A stretch of DNA of 62,947 nucleotides, counting the filler, from Licmophora abbreviata (Eukaryota): assembly GCA_900291995.1 (NCBI GenBank). It is 12 parts of 12 records of this genome, joined end to end, with 100 filler letters (N's around TTAATTAATTAA, not from the genome) between each part and the next. Parts side by side here need not be neighbours in the genome. Positions count along the whole stretch, not along the records: positions 55,952 to 62,947 come from OLMU01003755.1; 11 more parts are not named here. One strand, 5' to 3'. The notes under the pieces are model-generated. The model was not told where the DNA came from and made no database searches. It saw only the letters and a program-made list of their open reading frames with translations. This document shows, piece after piece, positions 61,004 through 62,947 of this stretch. Within the stretch, counting starts at the first letter, position 1, and every line of letters starts with the position of its first letter. The translations under genes and the position numbers were made by a program.

Positions 61004-61395
61004 GCCGCTTCCCTCCCCTGCATGTATTCGAGGAAGGCAGCGCGACGGCCGGGTGCCATCGCTTGCACGCAGGCCAGCGCGTAAGCGTCAAGCTCGGCCG
61101 GGCTGGCAATGTCCGCCCAATAAGCCGCCTCGTCCATCGGTGAGATAAAAGGCGGTAGCGGTGCGCCCGCGCCTTGGATGACGGTATAGGCAACCTCGCG
61201 CGCGTGATCCTCGTCAAGGCTGCGCAGAGCGGCCCACGCCAGCGCCGCCCGCTCGGTCTCGGTCAGTCGGGCTTGCCAGATTGCGCTCGCCGCTTCCCAA
61301 GCTTCATAACCGCCAAGGATCAGCGCATAGCCCAGCAGCTTCGCCGCCTTCTTGTGCGCCGTCTTGGCATAGAGCGATATGGCGTTTCGCGTCAT
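61000..61395 (-). CDS. Hypothetical satellite/phage protein
   Basis: 131 aa, translationally coupled to both neighbours; MDEAAYWADIASPAELDAY. Confidence 0.75.
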   Translation of the reverse strand: MTRNAISLYAKTAHKKAAKLLGYALILGGYEAWEAASAIWQARLTETERAALAWAALRSLDEDHAREVAYTVIQGAGAPLPPFISPMDEAAYWADIASPAELDAYALACVQAMAPGRRAAFLEYMQGREAA

Positions 61396-61613
61396 GCCGA
61401 CTCCGCAACAAATCCGGTCAGGCCCTCGTCGGTGAGCTGCATCCGGGCTTGGTTGGCGTGACCGGGCGAGACGCAGAAAATCACTTCCTCCGGCTCGCCC
61501 GCCCGGTGAACCGTGATGATCGTGCGCCCGTTCGGCATATGCTCGACACGGAAATATCCAGCGGGCTTGCGCGCCAGCAGATCGTCAATGGAAAGACTGC
61601 CCGCCCAGCTCAT
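61392..61613 (-). CDS. Hypothetical satellite/phage protein
   Basis: 73 aa; ATGA overlap with alpA and GGAGG-like RBS (GAGGTGG). Confidence 0.7.
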   Translation of the reverse strand: MSWAGSLSIDDLLARKPAGYFRVEHMPNGRTIITVHRAGEPEEVIFCVSPGHANQARMQLTDEGLTGFVAESA

Positions 61614-61798
61614 GCCGCCACCTCAGCCTTGGCGGATTCCCAAGCCTCGATTTCGGACAGTTTCCAACGGGTGCAGCCGGGCGACAGTCGAACCGGGCGC
61701 GGCATGTCGGTGCGCTCGCGCTGCCATCTCCACCATGTGTTGCGGGAAATGCCGTAGCGCGCGGCGCAATCGGTATCTCGGAGAAACGTCTCGGGCAT
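61610..61798 (-). CDS. alpA: AlpA-family regulator/excisionase
   Basis: FLRDTDCAARYGISRNTWWRW......MPRPVRLSPGCTRWKLSEIEAWE; AGGAG RBS upstream. Confidence 0.88.
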   Translation of the reverse strand: MPETFLRDTDCAARYGISRNTWWRWQRERTDMPRPVRLSPGCTRWKLSEIEAWESAKAEVAA

Positions 61799-61805
61799 TG
61801 TCGGC

Positions 61806-61866
61806 TCCTGTTGTTACAGGAACAGACAAATCAGATAGCGACAGGGACAGTGGTGTAAGTGTCCCT
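61806..61866. promoter_or_regulatory. Two inverted repeats upstream of alpA (candidate operator/hairpins)
   Basis: AGGGACA-N10-TGTCCCT (61843-61866) and TCCTG-N6-CAGGA (61806-61821, overlapping the alpA RBS). Confidence 0.45.
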
Positions 61867-62566
61867 AGTTTTTAGAGCGGTGTCGGCTCCATTGTTTCTT
61901 AATGCCCTGCCAGCCGCCAAAGCCGCGCGCCTCAAGATTCTTCGCGGCCGCGTTGACACTCATCTTTTCCGTTAACCTTTCCATCTCGCGCATCCGCGCG
62001 GCTCGCAAATCGCGGTGTTCCCTATTCACCGCGTCGGCTGCCCTCCGCCTGCCTCTTGCGATTGCCTGCGCCTCTGTAACTTCCGCAAGGTGATTGTCGC
62101 GCATTCTCACCATCTCCAAGAGAATACCAATCTGCACAAGGCGCATGTCAGTATCCATGATGCCCCGGGTTCCCGTCGCCTTATCTCTTCGCCAATAATT
62201 GATATGATCGGCCACACGGGCTAGAAACCGCTCGCGGCTTAGAGGCGAACTGAACTCCTCGACATAGTGAGTCGCCGTGCCACGCCGCATAGGTGAAGTA
62301 TCGCCCGGCACGATGTAACTCCAAAAGCCAAACTCATTGAACGCAACTGCGCTTGCGGGATCGGGCAGCCCGCGCGCTTCGAAAAACTCCTTTATTGCCG
62401 CCATTTCCTCAGACAAAAAGCCCTGAATATCCTGTTGAGGCTTGCGCGCATCTTCATCCAGCATCCGGCTTGTAACTTCGGCTGGGTCTTCACCGTCCTC
62501 CCAAATCGGATAGCGGGTCGCATATTCGGCCATCGCATCCTTGTGCACTTCGCGCCGCCATTTCAT
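61865..62566 (-). CDS. Hypothetical protein between int and alpA, possible C-terminal HTH
   Basis: 233 aa; overlaps the integrase stop; tail MSVNAAAKNLEARGFGGWQGIKKQW looks HTH-like. Confidence 0.65.
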   Translation of the reverse strand: MKWRREVHKDAMAEYATRYPIWEDGEDPAEVTSRMLDEDARKPQQDIQGFLSEEMAAIKEFFEARGLPDPASAVAFNEFGFWSYIVPGDTSPMRRGTATHYVEEFSSPLSRERFLARVADHINYWRRDKATGTRGIMDTDMRLVQIGILLEMVRMRDNHLAEVTEAQAIARGRRRAADAVNREHRDLRAARMREMERLTEKMSVNAAAKNLEARGFGGWQGIKKQWSRHRSKN

Positions 62567-62947
62567 CTTGCCGCCTCCATCTTCACCACCTTAGCCCCGG
62601 CCTCGCCTTTGAGGAACCGCGCCCATGCGGCCATCATCTGCCGCCGCTTTTCGATCATGTCGCCGCGCCGATAGGCCCGCTCGACCGTGCTTCCCACGTT
62701 GTGCGCCAAGGCAATCTCGGCCATATCGCGCTCAAATTCGGTGCGCTCCGCCGCCCAGTCGCGGAACGTGCTGCGCAGCCCGTGAGGCACGGCAGGACGG
62801 CCGGAACGCGAGTCGAGATACCCGCCGTCGCGTGCCTCGTTTATCCGCTTCATGCAGGCGCTCAGCGCCATGTCGGACAATGCGCCACCGCGTGCGGCCG
62901 GGAACACGTAGTCGCTGCCCTTCATCCTTGGCAGAGCCTTCAACAGC
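62563..62947 (-). CDS. int: Tyrosine recombinase (P4-like integrase), C-terminal part; continues beyond the window
   Basis: YVFP...LSDM.L; HGLRSTFRDW (H-x-x-R); LAH; ERAYRRGDMIEKRRQMM..W (catalytic Tyr). Confidence 0.95.
   Translation of the reverse strand, partial: LLKALPRMKGSDYVFPAARGGALSDMALSACMKRINEARDGGYLDSRSGRPAVPHGLRSTFRDWAAERTEFERDMAEIALAHNVGSTVERAYRRGDMIEKRRQMMAAWARFLKGEAGAKVVKMEAAR

Larger units (their letters stand above)
58204..62947 (-). mobile_element. Bacterial phage satellite/prophage remnant (PICI-like, alphaproteobacterial appearance), incomplete at both ends
   Basis: Abrupt GC rise, no introns, all genes on one strand, 4-bp stop/start overlaps (62563-62566, 61610-61613, 61392-61395, 61000-61003); order int - orf - alpA - orf - orf - rep helicase - terL. 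Confidence 0.9.

Noticed and set aside
58041..61875. Many overlapping alternative-frame and antisense ORFs in the GC-rich region, and antisense ORFs over host genes
   Set aside because: Expected shadow ORFs with no recognisable motifs, overlapping well-supported genes.

Overview
Draft-assembly scaffold, most likely from a diatom (spliceosomal GT-AG introns, signal peptide + 'AF' bipartite plastid presequences, HSF and helicase-associated-domain expansions). It has eleven ~100-nt N gaps, each carrying an artificial TTAATTAATTAA linker, and several 1-2 nt indels in conserved genes. Positions 1-~58200 hold about 25 eukaryotic genes: PP4R3/SMEK, a MYND finger, two HA-domain proteins, PLAC8, RCC1, DUF3783, a thioredoxin-cNMP-EF-hand fusion, an EthA-like monooxygenase, GT8, three HSFs, plastid HU, an HNH-like gene between 49-bp direct repeats, HINT, DUF1810, a PARP-like protein, two tandem ferric reductases, MRPL47, a CPA2 antiporter, PurU, ABCG, TMEM184, LPAAT and Rpt5. 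At ~58204 the sequence switches, with no gap, to a GC-rich, intronless, translationally coupled bacterial phage-satellite (PICI-like) module: integrase, AlpA, small ORFs, AAA_25/RepA helicase, iteron-like repeats and terminase large subunit. The terminase is C-terminally truncated and fused in frame to the 3' part of a host-like gene. This is either a real bacterial satellite insertion in an algal chromosome or an assembly/library chimera; the junction sits on a GGATCC site. All domain calls are by-eye motif recognition; no searches were run.
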